Shown in pieces: positions 11,140 to 19,799 of a DNA stretch of 64,000 nucleotides; positions within the stretch are counted from its first letter, which is position 1; every line of letters begins with the position of its first letter. The notes under the pieces are model-generated. The model had not been told where the DNA came from, made no database searches, and saw only the letters and a list, made by a program, of their open reading frames with translations. The stretch is from positions 13,349 through 77,348 of the forward strand of contig CAYIFB010000004.1 in the NCBI GenBank assembly GCA_964362665.1, read 5' to 3'. The stretch is from an uncultured Gammaproteobacteria bacterium (lineage in GTDB: Bacteria; Patescibacteriota; Microgenomatia; 2-02-FULL-39-11). A program made the translations under genes and the position numbers.

Positions 11140-11277
11140 GATTTTTTAACTCGGTAAATAGATCTTTTATATGAGATGTCCAGACATAATTCACTTCATT
11201 TTACATCAAACTAATTTTTCTTGAATAAGTTTGATATAATCTATTTAAACCTGCTGACATATTAATACTTAAAATAA

Positions 11278-12369
11278 ATGAATTTTAAGGATTTAATCAT
11301 CGTATTTTTTTCATTATTTGATGTGGTATCAGGTGCCATAATTGCATTAAGTTATGGTTTTTTGATGCTTCCTTCAGCCATCGGTTATGCTGTCGGCGCT
11401 ATAGGAAGTTTGATTGTAGGATCCGTAACTCCGGTCAGCTTCATGTATGAAAGTATGGTTTTATCTTTCGGACAATCCTCAAATTTTAAATACAGAATAT
11501 CTATGATTCTCTGGGCAGCATTGCTGACAGGTGTTTTGGGTTTGTTCGGTCTACCTCAATTTATTGTCAATTCCATCGGTCAGGAAATTTTTTTGGGAAT
11601 GCTGGCAGGAGTCGGTCTGTATTTGGGAAAAGTTGGTTTAGAAATTGCTTATCAAAATAAAAAAATAGGGATTCCCTGCCTGATAATTGCCGTCGCCACA
11701 CAGCTTTTAAAAAACGATTTAATTCTCACGGTTTCACTCAGCATTCCCTTCGGTATTATACTTTTTTTAATTTATAACAAAAAATATGGCGAGAAAGAAA
11801 GAACTGTATACCATATAAAAATTCCTGTTTATAAATCCTGGATGCATATGGTGAAGTCAGAAATGAAATTGATTATTCCCGTAATAAACCGCAGGGTTTT
11901 AGTTGGAACACTGGCATTAAGTACTCTGACTATCGGCGGAAATATCGCTTATACCGCAGCAAATACGCAGATATCTCATACTTTAGCCACTTATAATCAA
12001 TCAACGGTTATTTCTAGCCTGGCTGATTTTGCGTCGTCTCTTTTTGGTGGAGCGAATATGGAACTTATCGTAACTCCAACAGCTTCGGCACCTCATCCTA
12101 TATTAGCCGGTATTCTGTTCATGTCAGTGGCTGCAATTATTTTAGCTACCGGCTTAGTACATAAAATAGCACGTTTTGTACCGATTGCTGCAATGGGAGG
12201 CTACCTTTTTGTAATAGGAGTGTTAATTATCTTGCCCTATAATGCTTATGATGCCTTTAAGGCCGGAAATGCGGGAATCGTCAGTTTGACGATGGCGATT
12301 ACTTTATTTACTAATCCGTTTTACGGGATTCTTGCAGGGGTTGCTTCCAAAATATTATTAGGCTCATAA
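11278..12369 (+). CDS. NCS2/AzgA-like permease
   Basis: About 11 TM helices; TPVSF, LAGVGLYL, SSLADFASSLFGG segments. Confidence 0.6.
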   Translation: MNFKDLIIVFFSLFDVVSGAIIALSYGFLMLPSAIGYAVGAIGSLIVGSVTPVSFMYESMVLSFGQSSNFKYRISMILWAALLTGVLGLFGLPQFIVNSIGQEIFLGMLAGVGLYLGKVGLEIAYQNKKIGIPCLIIAVATQLLKNDLILTVSLSIPFGIILFLIYNKKYGEKERTVYHIKIPVYKSWMHMVKSEMKLIIPVINRRVLVGTLALSTLTIGGNIAYTAANTQISHTLATYNQSTVISSLADFASSLFGGANMELIVTPTASAPHPILAGILFMSVAAIILATGLVHKIARFVPIAAMGGYLFVIGVLIILPYNAYDAFKAGNAGIVSLTMAITLFTNPFYGILAGVASKILLGS

Positions 12370-12447
12370 ATATTTATTTTTCTGCTAAACTATATCACGT
12401 GTGGATAAATATTGAACGGTTTAACCTGTTTAATTTTGTAATTATCA

Positions 12448-12490
12448 ATCATAAATTCTTCATCAGATATTCATCTTTTTAGTGTATAAT
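12448..12490 (+). promoter_or_regulatory. Direct-repeat box (TCAT x3, 11-bp period) plus -10 TATAAT
   Basis: TCAT at 12449, 12460 and 12471; TATAAT at 12485-12490, 8 nt before the response regulator ATG. Confidence 0.75.
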
Positions 12491-12498
12491 CCCCTTAC

Positions 12499-13167
12499 AT
12501 GAGAATACTTTTTGTTGAAGACGAAAGACGTCTGGCAAATATTGTCAAAAAAGGACTTGCTGAAGAAGGGTTTGCCGTAGACTTGGCATATGACGGAGAA
12601 GATGGAAAATATCTTGCGGAGTCTGAAGCATATGACCTTATAATACTGGATATAACACTTCCTAAAATAGACGGCTTGACCATTTGTAGAGAACTTCGTA
12701 AAAAGAACATCAAAACTCCCATTATGATGTTAACAGCCAGAACATTACTCGAAGAAAAAGTCATAGGATTGGACAGCGGGGCTGATGATTATCTGACCAA
12801 ACCGTTTGCCTTTTTGGAACTCCGGTCTCGAATACACGCTCTTATTAGACGAAGCAAAAAAGAATCTTCACCTATTTTAAAAATTGCTGATTTAGAACTT
12901 GATCCGATCAAGCACACCGTGCAAAGAGGTAAAAAAAAGATCAATCTAACCCCGAAGGAATTTTCGGTATTGGAATTGCTTCTTCGCCATAAAGATGGAG
13001 TAGTCTCAAGAACAATGATTACCGAACACGTCTGGGATTATAATTTTGACAGCATGAGTAACGTGGTAGATGTCTTTATCGCATCCCTTCGGCGAAAAGT
13101 TGATAAAGGTTTCAAAGTACACTTAATTCATACCCTGCACGGTATCGGATATAAAATTAGCGAATAA
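12499..13167 (+). CDS. OmpR-family response regulator (CusR/CzcR-like)
   Basis: VEDE, LDITLP, TA, GADDYLTKPF, LTPKEF, SNVVDVFI..LR.K, GIGY. Confidence 0.95.
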   Translation: MRILFVEDERRLANIVKKGLAEEGFAVDLAYDGEDGKYLAESEAYDLIILDITLPKIDGLTICRELRKKNIKTPIMMLTARTLLEEKVIGLDSGADDYLTKPFAFLELRSRIHALIRRSKKESSPILKIADLELDPIKHTVQRGKKKINLTPKEFSVLELLLRHKDGVVSRTMITEHVWDYNFDSMSNVVDVFIASLRRKVDKGFKVHLIHTLHGIGYKISE

Positions 13168-13169
13168 AT

Positions 13170-13240
13170 ATGATCCTTCGACATAGCTCTGGATCATAGT
13201 GAGGACTTCGGCTGAGCTCAGTCGAAGCCTCCAATCGAAC
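13170..13240. repeat. REP-like palindromic element (nested hairpins)
   Basis: atgatcc-ttcgacatagctct-ggatcat hairpin followed by near-perfect palindrome gagg-a-cttcggctgagctcagtcgaag-cctc. Confidence 0.7.
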
Positions 13241-13241
13241 T

Positions 13242-14639
13242 ATGAATACGAAAAGCGTCAGATTCCGTCTTACGATCTGGTATTCCCTGGCCTTTTTTAT
13301 AGCCAGTATTGTCATTTTTGCCAGTTTCTATTTTATCACTAAACAAGCTCTGTACTCACAAACAGACGCCACGCTTGATTCCCACGGACGTAAAATTGTA
13401 GAAGTAGTAACTCGTGAAGAAAGCAAATCCTGCCAGTCATGTCAGATGATGGCACGAGACGCTTTTCTTCGTGAATTCAGTGATATACCAGGAATGGTAG
13501 TAATTTTAATGGATAACACAGGAAATATTGTAGGCAGTTCTGTCACGGTCGACAGATCTGACAAAAAACTCTCCCAGCTTTTTGAACAGGTTTCAAAAAC
13601 CAATTCTCCCCATATTACTGATCATTTTATTTCTGACCTCAAAATGCGTTTTTGGATTGATCCAATTTATAAAAATGACCAACTGCTGGGAGTGGTTTTT
13701 GTGGGACATCCGATAGATGTAATTGAGAAATCTCTTAACGATTTGATTCTTATGCTGATAGCCGTATTTATAGTATTTTTAATTCCGACGATTTTTGGCG
13801 GGTATCTTTTAGCTAAAAGTGCGATTCAGCCAATCGCTCTGATATCGGAAAAACTGAAAAAAATCAGCAGTGAAAATCTCGATGAACGTGTCGCAACTCC
13901 AAATACCAATGATGAAATTAAAGAACTAGCCGTAACATTTAATAGCCTGCTTGACCGTTTAAGCCAGGCATTTAAAAGAGAAAGACAATTCATAGGAGAT
14001 GTTGCTCATGAACTCAAAACGCCTCTAGCAACACAGCGCAGTAATATTGAAGTAATTCTGGCAAAAGACAGAAATAAAAATGAATATGTAAGAGCACTAA
14101 ATGAAAATTTAGTAGATAACAATAGAATGTCAGTCACTCTTGATAATATTTTGGACCTGGCCTGGTCGGAAGCGGAAGTAACTACTCACTTTGAGATATT
14201 TAATCTGTCAGAACTAGTTGAAGAGATTCGCGATTTAGCAACTAAAATGGCTACATCAAAAAATATTAAAATTATTGGAGAAACCGCTCCAGATATTAAA
14301 ATACACGGGAAAAGAGATAAATTGTTCCATGCTGTACTAAATATTGTGGATAATGCAGTCAAATATACAAATGATCAAGGAACAGTAACTATTTCACTTC
14401 ATAAAACTTCAAACAAGATTAATTTACAGATAAAAGATGACGGAATCGGAATTGCAAAAAAAAATCTTCCGCATATTTTTGAAAGGTTTTATAGGGGTAC
14501 TAATAATGATAAGATTTCGGGTTCCGGGCTTGGACTGGCAATTGCGCATGCGATTATTTCCTCCCATCACGGAAACATAGATATTAAAAGTTCAATTGGA
14601 CAAGGTACAATTGTTTCTATCACATTTCTCTGTTCTTAA
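13242..14639 (+). CDS. Sensor histidine kinase (HAMP-HisKA-HATPase), probable metal sensor
   Basis: Two TMs, HELKTPL, NIVDNAVKY, DDGIGI, GSGLGL; extracytoplasmic SCQSCQMM. Confidence 0.93.
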   Translation: MNTKSVRFRLTIWYSLAFFIASIVIFASFYFITKQALYSQTDATLDSHGRKIVEVVTREESKSCQSCQMMARDAFLREFSDIPGMVVILMDNTGNIVGSSVTVDRSDKKLSQLFEQVSKTNSPHITDHFISDLKMRFWIDPIYKNDQLLGVVFVGHPIDVIEKSLNDLILMLIAVFIVFLIPTIFGGYLLAKSAIQPIALISEKLKKISSENLDERVATPNTNDEIKELAVTFNSLLDRLSQAFKRERQFIGDVAHELKTPLATQRSNIEVILAKDRNKNEYVRALNENLVDNNRMSVTLDNILDLAWSEAEVTTHFEIFNLSELVEEIRDLATKMATSKNIKIIGETAPDIKIHGKRDKLFHAVLNIVDNAVKYTNDQGTVTISLHKTSNKINLQIKDDGIGIAKKNLPHIFERFYRGTNNDKISGSGLGLAIAHAIISSHHGNIDIKSSIGQGTIVSITFLCS

Positions 14640-14692
14640 AATATTCAACCGTGTTCTGAAAAGGAAATTTCAATTTATAAATATTAAGTAAT

Positions 14693-14720
14693 GAGCGCCT
14701 GCGCGAAGCTACGGCGACTC
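14693..14720. repeat. GC-rich hairpin (GCGAAGC core) before a strong RBS
   Basis: gagcgcc-tgcgcgaagctac-ggcgactc, followed by AAGGAGGTG. Confidence 0.4.
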
Positions 14721-14737
14721 TAAGGAGGTGAAATTTT

Positions 14738-15007
14738 ATGAAAAATCAATCGTATGTTTTACCAAATACTTTAGCTGTAACAACGCTAATTGTTTATGTA
14801 CTGTGCCGATTATTGGTAGGACTGTTTCCTGATACTTTTTTCACTATAGCTCAATCCTGGTTTCATGGTATTGCGCTAAATAAATTAGATTCTTGGAACT
14901 TAACCATGAGTTCATTTGTCTTGGGAATAGCATCATCAACAATTACTGTCTGGGTAATCGGTTATATTTTCGGATACGTATATAACTACTTACAAAGGAG
15001 AAAGTAA
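14738..15007 (+). CDS. DUF5676-like two-TM protein
   Basis: YVLC and SWFHG motifs, two TM helices, strong RBS. Confidence 0.75.
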   Translation: MKNQSYVLPNTLAVTTLIVYVLCRLLVGLFPDTFFTIAQSWFHGIALNKLDSWNLTMSSFVLGIASSTITVWVIGYIFGYVYNYLQRRK

Positions 15008-15010
15008 TAG

Positions 15011-15454
15011 ATGAGAAAGTATTTTTACATTACCCTAATTATTCTTTTTTTTACGGGTTGGGCGTATGTGTTTAAAATCCACCAGAATAAATTTAATGCT
15101 CCTGCCAAAAAAACTGCTTCACAAACACAAAAATATACTGACATTACCAGTGATCAACTTTTTGAAATGTTAAAAAATAAAGATTTTTATTTTATAAATG
15201 TCCACACGCCATACGAAGGAGAAATAGAAAAAACAGATGCCTTTATTCCCTATAACGAAATTGATAAAAATCTTGATAAAATGCCTAAAGATAAAAATGC
15301 TAAAATTGTTCTTTACTGCCGAAGCGGCAGAATGAGCGCAGAAGCTTCACAAAAACTTACAGAATTGGGATATACGAATGTCTACAACCAAATTTTGGGT
15401 ATGCACGACTGGCAGTCAAAAGGCTACCCTGTGAAAACCAAAAAATCTTCATAA
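15011..15454 (+). CDS. Membrane-anchored rhodanese-domain protein
   Basis: INVHTPYEGEI, active-site loop YCRSGRMS; N-terminal TM. Confidence 0.9.
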   Translation: MRKYFYITLIILFFTGWAYVFKIHQNKFNAPAKKTASQTQKYTDITSDQLFEMLKNKDFYFINVHTPYEGEIEKTDAFIPYNEIDKNLDKMPKDKNAKIVLYCRSGRMSAEASQKLTELGYTNVYNQILGMHDWQSKGYPVKTKKSS

Positions 15455-15480
15455 AATCTTCATGGAAAATACTGTACAAT
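15446..15480 (+). promoter_or_regulatory. Direct-repeat box (TTCAT x2) plus -10 TACAAT
   Basis: TTCAT at 15448 and 15459; TACAAT at 15475-15480; ATG at 15490. Confidence 0.75.
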
Positions 15481-15489
15481 GAAATAACT

Positions 15490-17556
15490 ATGACCACATA
15501 CACTTGTCCTATGGATCCAGATATCATCACGGAACAACCCGGAAACTGTCCTAAATGTGGAATGAAACTTGTTCCGCTAACTGCAGTTGAACATGAAGGA
15601 CATGAAGATCACACCTCAATGGAAAAGGAATTCCGGAAACGGTTCTTTATTACACTCCCCTTTGTTTTTTTTACTATGCTGCTCTCTCCCAATATTCAGA
15701 AATGGCTGGGTTTTAGTCTTATATTTGAACAAAGTGAGATTATTCTATTTATTATCGGTACTTTTATATTCTTTTTCGGAGGTATTCCATTTTTTCGGGC
15801 AGCCAAAGGAGAGCTTTCTCATAAAAACCCCGGCATGATGACTTTAGTGGCTCTGGCCATAACAGTTGGTTTCACTTTCTCCGTCGCGGCAACCTTTCTA
15901 TTCCCTAGCGAATCACTTTATTGGGAAATCTCAACCTTAATATCAGTATTTTTACTCGGCCACTGGCTGGAAATGCGGGCTGTACGCGGAACCACCGGAG
16001 CACTGGCTGAACTGGCAAAACTTATTCCCCCATCGGCTCATCTTTTGAAAAACGGGACAACTGTCGAAGTAAAAACAAGTGAAGTCGTCAAAGGAGATAA
16101 GGTATTAGTCAAACCTGGAGAAAAAATCCCAATTGATGGAATTGTTGTTGATGGAGAAAGTTCAGTAAATGAATCAATGGTCACCGGAGAATCACGTCCT
16201 ATCGGAAAAACCAAAGGGAATAAAGTCATTGGCGGAACGATAAATCAGGATGGCGCCTTGACAATTGAAGTCACTAAAACAGGTTCAGAAACCGCTGTTT
16301 CTCAAATTATGAAATTAATCCGCGAGGCACAAAATTCCAAACCAAACGTCCAGCACCTGGCTGATCGTGCGGCTAATGTCCTCACGTTTGTGGCTCTTTT
16401 TGCCGGATCCGGAGCGTTCATTTATTGGTTTTTTATTGCGCCTTCCGGAGCTGTTTTTGCAGCAACACTTGCGGTTTCCGCGATTGTCGTCGCCTGTCCT
16501 CATGCTTTGGGGTTGGCGATACCAACTGTAACGACCATAACCTCAACTCTGGGGGCAAAAAACGGAATTCTCATTAAAGACATGAAAGGATTGGAAATCG
16601 CCCGGAAAATTGATTACGTCGTTTTTGATAAAACAGGTACACTTACCCGCGGTGAATTTGGTGTAGACAAAATAATAAAAACGAAAAAATCTTCTTTTTC
16701 AGAAGATGAATTGCTGATGCTCGCCTCTTCAGTTGAAACTAAATCCCAACATTCCATTGCTCAGGGAATCGTCAATGAAGCTAATAAAAAGATCGGCAGT
16801 ATTCCGGAAGTTTTAAATTTTAAATCATTTCCGGGACGCGGGGCGCAAGGAAAAGTAGACGGTAAAAGCGTTATAGTCGGCAATAAAAAACTCCTTGAAG
16901 AATTAAAAATTGAAATGGAAGAAATTGGTGTTTTAGGACAGGGAAAAACCCCGGTATATATTGTTGTTAATGATATTTTCCAGGGAACCATATATCTTGC
17001 CGATATTATTCGTGAAGAATCAAAAGAAGCCATAGCAAAACTCCATGAGATGGGAATAAAAACTGCCATGCTTACGGGTGATGCTCAAGATGTGGCAGAT
17101 GCTGTAGGAAAACAACTTCAGGTTGATACAATTTTTGCTCAGGTCTTGCCGGATGAAAAAGTAGATAAAGTGAAGCAGTTGCAAAAAGAGGGTCATATTG
17201 TGGCAATGGTTGGAGATGGGGTTAATGATGCCCCGTCTCTCACCCAATCCCATGTCGGAATTGCCATCGGTGCAGGTACTGATGTAGCGGTGGAATCAGC
17301 AGATATAGTTCTTATGAAAAACAACCCGCTTGATGTGGTCAAAGCGATTACACTCAGCCGCAAGACAAACACCAAAATGGTACAGAATCTCATCTGGGCC
17401 ACCGGATATAACATCTTTGCTATCCCGACCGCAGCAGGTTTATTTTATCCCTCATTTGGTATTTTACTTCGTCCTGAATGGGCTGCGCTTCTAATGAGCG
17501 CTTCATCAGTTATCGTTGTATTTAATGCTCTTTTATTGAGAAAAGCTAAATTATGA
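15490..17556 (+). CDS. copB: Copper-translocating P1B ATPase, CopB type
   Basis: TM motif CPH, DKTGT, TGES, GDGVND, YN and MSASS; N-terminal YTCPM...CPKCGM and HEGHEDH. Confidence 0.9.
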   Translation: MTTYTCPMDPDIITEQPGNCPKCGMKLVPLTAVEHEGHEDHTSMEKEFRKRFFITLPFVFFTMLLSPNIQKWLGFSLIFEQSEIILFIIGTFIFFFGGIPFFRAAKGELSHKNPGMMTLVALAITVGFTFSVAATFLFPSESLYWEISTLISVFLLGHWLEMRAVRGTTGALAELAKLIPPSAHLLKNGTTVEVKTSEVVKGDKVLVKPGEKIPIDGIVVDGESSVNESMVTGESRPIGKTKGNKVIGGTINQDGALTIEVTKTGSETAVSQIMKLIREAQNSKPNVQHLADRAANVLTFVALFAGSGAFIYWFFIAPSGAVFAATLAVSAIVVACPHALGLAIPTVTTITSTLGAKNGILIKDMKGLEIARKIDYVVFDKTGTLTRGEFGVDKIIKTKKSSFSEDELLMLASSVETKSQHSIAQGIVNEANKKIGSIPEVLNFKSFPGRGAQGKVDGKSVIVGNKKLLEELKIEMEEIGVLGQGKTPVYIVVNDIFQGTIYLADIIREESKEAIAKLHEMGIKTAMLTGDAQDVADAVGKQLQVDTIFAQVLPDEKVDKVKQLQKEGHIVAMVGDGVNDAPSLTQSHVGIAIGAGTDVAVESADIVLMKNNPLDVVKAITLSRKTNTKMVQNLIWATGYNIFAIPTAAGLFYPSFGILLRPEWAALLMSASSVIVVFNALLLRKAKL

Positions 17557-17747
17557 ATCTAATAACAAATAGTATACTAACTTGCCCATCCTGTAACAAA
17601 AAACAAACCGTAGAAATGCCAACTAATGCCTGCCAACATTTCTACAAATGTATTCACTGCAACAAATTACTCAAGCCCAAAAAAGGAGATTGCTGTGTAT
17701 TCTGTTCATATGCCGATACCAAGTGTCCACCAAAACAATCCGAATAA
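17553..17747 (+). CDS. GDCCVxC-domain small Cys-rich protein
   Basis: CPSC, CQHFYKCIHC, GDCCVFCSY, CPP; ATGA overlap with copB. Confidence 0.85.
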   Translation: MNLITNSILTCPSCNKKQTVEMPTNACQHFYKCIHCNKLLKPKKGDCCVFCSYADTKCPPKQSE

Positions 17748-17777
17748 AATCTTAAGTTTACCCCGATTAATTAATTT

Positions 17778-18449
17778 ATGGGAAAAAATTATTACAAAAG
17801 ATTTGGAGTAGTACTGAGAAATCCCCTTTTTTCAGTTTATTTACGATGGGCATATGAACAGGGTTTGAGGGATGTAGAGTCATTGGGTATTCAGCCAAAC
17901 TTTAATAAAATGGGTTTTTCCTGTTTACTTTCCGGATGTGGCAATGAACAAACTGCCGATACATTTATACAGTTTATGATCCAAAGAAACAAAAATGCAA
18001 AGATTTACATTATTGATCTGGGCGATGAACAAATACAAGCCATACAAAAGCTGGTAGCTTTAAAATATAATGATTTTAGTATTGAAGTACATAAGTTAAA
18101 CGCTCTTGATTTGGCTAGAATCATCAATCCCAAATCATTGGATTGGATAGAAACTGACGGATTTATGGAATATTTTGATCACCAGTCTTTGAAAAAACTG
18201 CTTCAAATTTGGCATCTGCTCTTGAAAAAAGATGGATTTATTACCACTCGCGATTGTGTATCAGAAGGAAAATTGACGCAAGTTGCCGATTTTTTCAGAA
18301 TTAATACTGCAAATCTCTGGTTAGGAGTGAAATTGTTCGCACATACAAAACAGGATTTTGAAAATTTATTTCATACTATCGGTTTTAAACACTTTTTTGG
18401 TAATACATGGCTTTACACTTACCGAAGATTTGCTTTGATTAAATTATAA
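17778..18449 (+). CDS. Class I SAM-methyltransferase-like protein
   Basis: LLSGCG, IIDL, NALD, D.I.TD...EY, LKKDG. Confidence 0.6.
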   Translation: MGKNYYKRFGVVLRNPLFSVYLRWAYEQGLRDVESLGIQPNFNKMGFSCLLSGCGNEQTADTFIQFMIQRNKNAKIYIIDLGDEQIQAIQKLVALKYNDFSIEVHKLNALDLARIINPKSLDWIETDGFMEYFDHQSLKKLLQIWHLLLKKDGFITTRDCVSEGKLTQVADFFRINTANLWLGVKLFAHTKQDFENLFHTIGFKHFFGNTWLYTYRRFALIKL

Positions 18450-18475
18450 ATACAGATGCACTCCTTAGAAATACA

Positions 18476-18505
18476 TTGACAGATACGCAATCTATAGTAT
18501 ATGAT
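18476..18505 (+). promoter_or_regulatory. Sigma70-type promoter of the padR-dsrE unit
   Basis: TTGACA (18476-18481), 18-nt spacer, TATGAT (18500-18505). Confidence 0.65.
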
Positions 18506-18515
18506 ATTTACATAT

Positions 18516-18896
18516 ATGTGTAAGACTTGTGGGTGTTCATCTCGTTCAAGAGAAATCGGAAACATTGAACGGTTTATCGAACCATGTATTCTCCTTCTCT
18601 TGTCTAAAAGCCCATCACACGGTTATGGACTCATGGAAGATTTGGAAAAGCATTGCGGCGAAAAGGTAGATATCGGGGATTTATACCGGACACTCAGGCG
18701 GATGGAAAAAGATATTTGGGTGAAGTCTGATTGGGAAAAGAACGAAGCCGGTCCAGACAGAAGAACATATACAATTACTGCCGATGGAAAAAGCTTCTTA
18801 AAGTCTGCTGCCTCCTCTCTCATTCGTACTGATAAACTCATTCACAGGTTTCTGGAGGGTTATAAAAAGATGTATCAAATTAATACACTAATATGA
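18516..18896 (+). CDS. PadR-family regulator with N-terminal CxxCGC motif
   Basis: HGYGL, LYRTLRRME, GPDRRTYTIT. Start placed at MCKTCGC because the track ATG (18501) overlaps the -10. Confidence 0.88.
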   Translation: MCKTCGCSSRSREIGNIERFIEPCILLLLSKSPSHGYGLMEDLEKHCGEKVDIGDLYRTLRRMEKDIWVKSDWEKNEAGPDRRTYTITADGKSFLKSAASSLIRTDKLIHRFLEGYKKMYQINTLI

Positions 18897-19213
18897 AATT
18901 TGCAGTTATCCTTTCTACTAAAAATGCAGAAACCAACTGGAATGCGTTTAGACTTGCTAATCTGGCGCTTAGTAAAGGTGATGCTGTTTCCGTATTTCTG
19001 GTTGGCGAGGGGGTAGAGTATGGAAAGAATACTTCTGCTCAATTTGACATCACTCAACAAGTACAAAAATTTATGGAATCAGACGGGAAGATTATCGCCT
19101 GTGGCACCTGCATGGCAATTCGTAAACAAAAAAGCACCCAAGAATGCCCTGCCGGTGGGATTGAAGATTTATATTCTCTGATAGTTGTAAGTGACAAGGT
19201 GTTAACATTTTAA
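18893..19213 (+). CDS. DsrE/DsrF-like protein
   Basis: WNAFRLAN, FL.GEGV, ACGTC, DKVLTF. Confidence 0.88.
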   Translation: MKFAVILSTKNAETNWNAFRLANLALSKGDAVSVFLVGEGVEYGKNTSAQFDITQQVQKFMESDGKIIACGTCMAIRKQKSTQECPAGGIEDLYSLIVVSDKVLTF

Positions 19214-19232
19214 TCAAGGAGGTGGATGAATT

Positions 19233-19364
19233 ATGATGGGAAATTACTATGGAAATATGATGGCTGGATGGGGAGTATTCGGGTTAATCACTTGGATACT
19301 AATTATTACATTTCTTGTTCTGGGCATTATGTATTTTTGGAAAGAAATTAACAGGAGGAAGTAA
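19233..19364 (+). CDS. Small Met/Gly-rich single-TM protein (43 aa, not in ORF track)
   Basis: MMGNYYGNMMAGWGVFGLITWILIITFLVLGIMYFWKEINRRK*; RBS AAGGAGGTG; fills the operon gap. Confidence 0.8.
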   Translation: MMGNYYGNMMAGWGVFGLITWILIITFLVLGIMYFWKEINRRK

Positions 19365-19367
19365 ATT

Positions 19368-19751
19368 ATGAATATTGATTATACAGTTCGAACAAAAAAA
19401 TCATTTGATGAAGCAGTTGAAAGCGTGGCGGCCGAAACAGCAAAAGCAGGATTTCGCGTTCTTTATATCCATGATGTGAAGGAAACAGTCGGTAAGAAAG
19501 GATTTGAAATTGAACCATTGAAAATCATAGAAATTTGTAATGCTAAGAATGCTTTTTATGCTCTTAAAACAGATATCCGTCTCTCTCTTTTTCTTCCTTG
19601 TAAAATCAATGTCTATGAGAAAAACGGTAAGATAATTATTTCCGGGATGAGACCGCTTATCATAAAACAGATTTTTCCATCTTTAGATATCCAGGAATTG
19701 CTACAGGAAGTTGAAGCTGCAGTCAAAACAATAGTTGACAGGTCAAAATAA
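19368..19751 (+). CDS. DUF302 domain protein
   Basis: GFRVLYIHD, EICN, LFLPCKI. Confidence 0.88.
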   Translation: MNIDYTVRTKKSFDEAVESVAAETAKAGFRVLYIHDVKETVGKKGFEIEPLKIIEICNAKNAFYALKTDIRLSLFLPCKINVYEKNGKIIISGMRPLIIKQIFPSLDIQELLQEVEAAVKTIVDRSK

Positions 19752-19754
19752 AGT

Positions 19755-19789
19755 TACTCATCAAATCTTCATAAGTGAATTGTTACTAT
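19755..19789 (+). promoter_or_regulatory. Direct-repeat box (CTCAT/TTCAT) plus -10 TACTAT
   Basis: CTCAT at 19757, TTCAT at 19768; TACTAT at 19784-19789; ATG at 19800. Confidence 0.7.
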
Positions 19790-19799
19790 ACAATTTATT

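Noticed and set aside
7794-11210. Shared 17-mer cttcat(a/t)ttacatcaaa at about 7794 and 11194 as further regulon boxes
   Set aside because: They lack the 11-bp TTCAT periodicity and the downstream -10 spacing; more likely minus-strand promoter sequence or chance.
17553-17747. Selenoprotein reading of the GDCCVxC protein
   Set aside because: No in-frame TGA; all positions are Cys and the stop is TAA.
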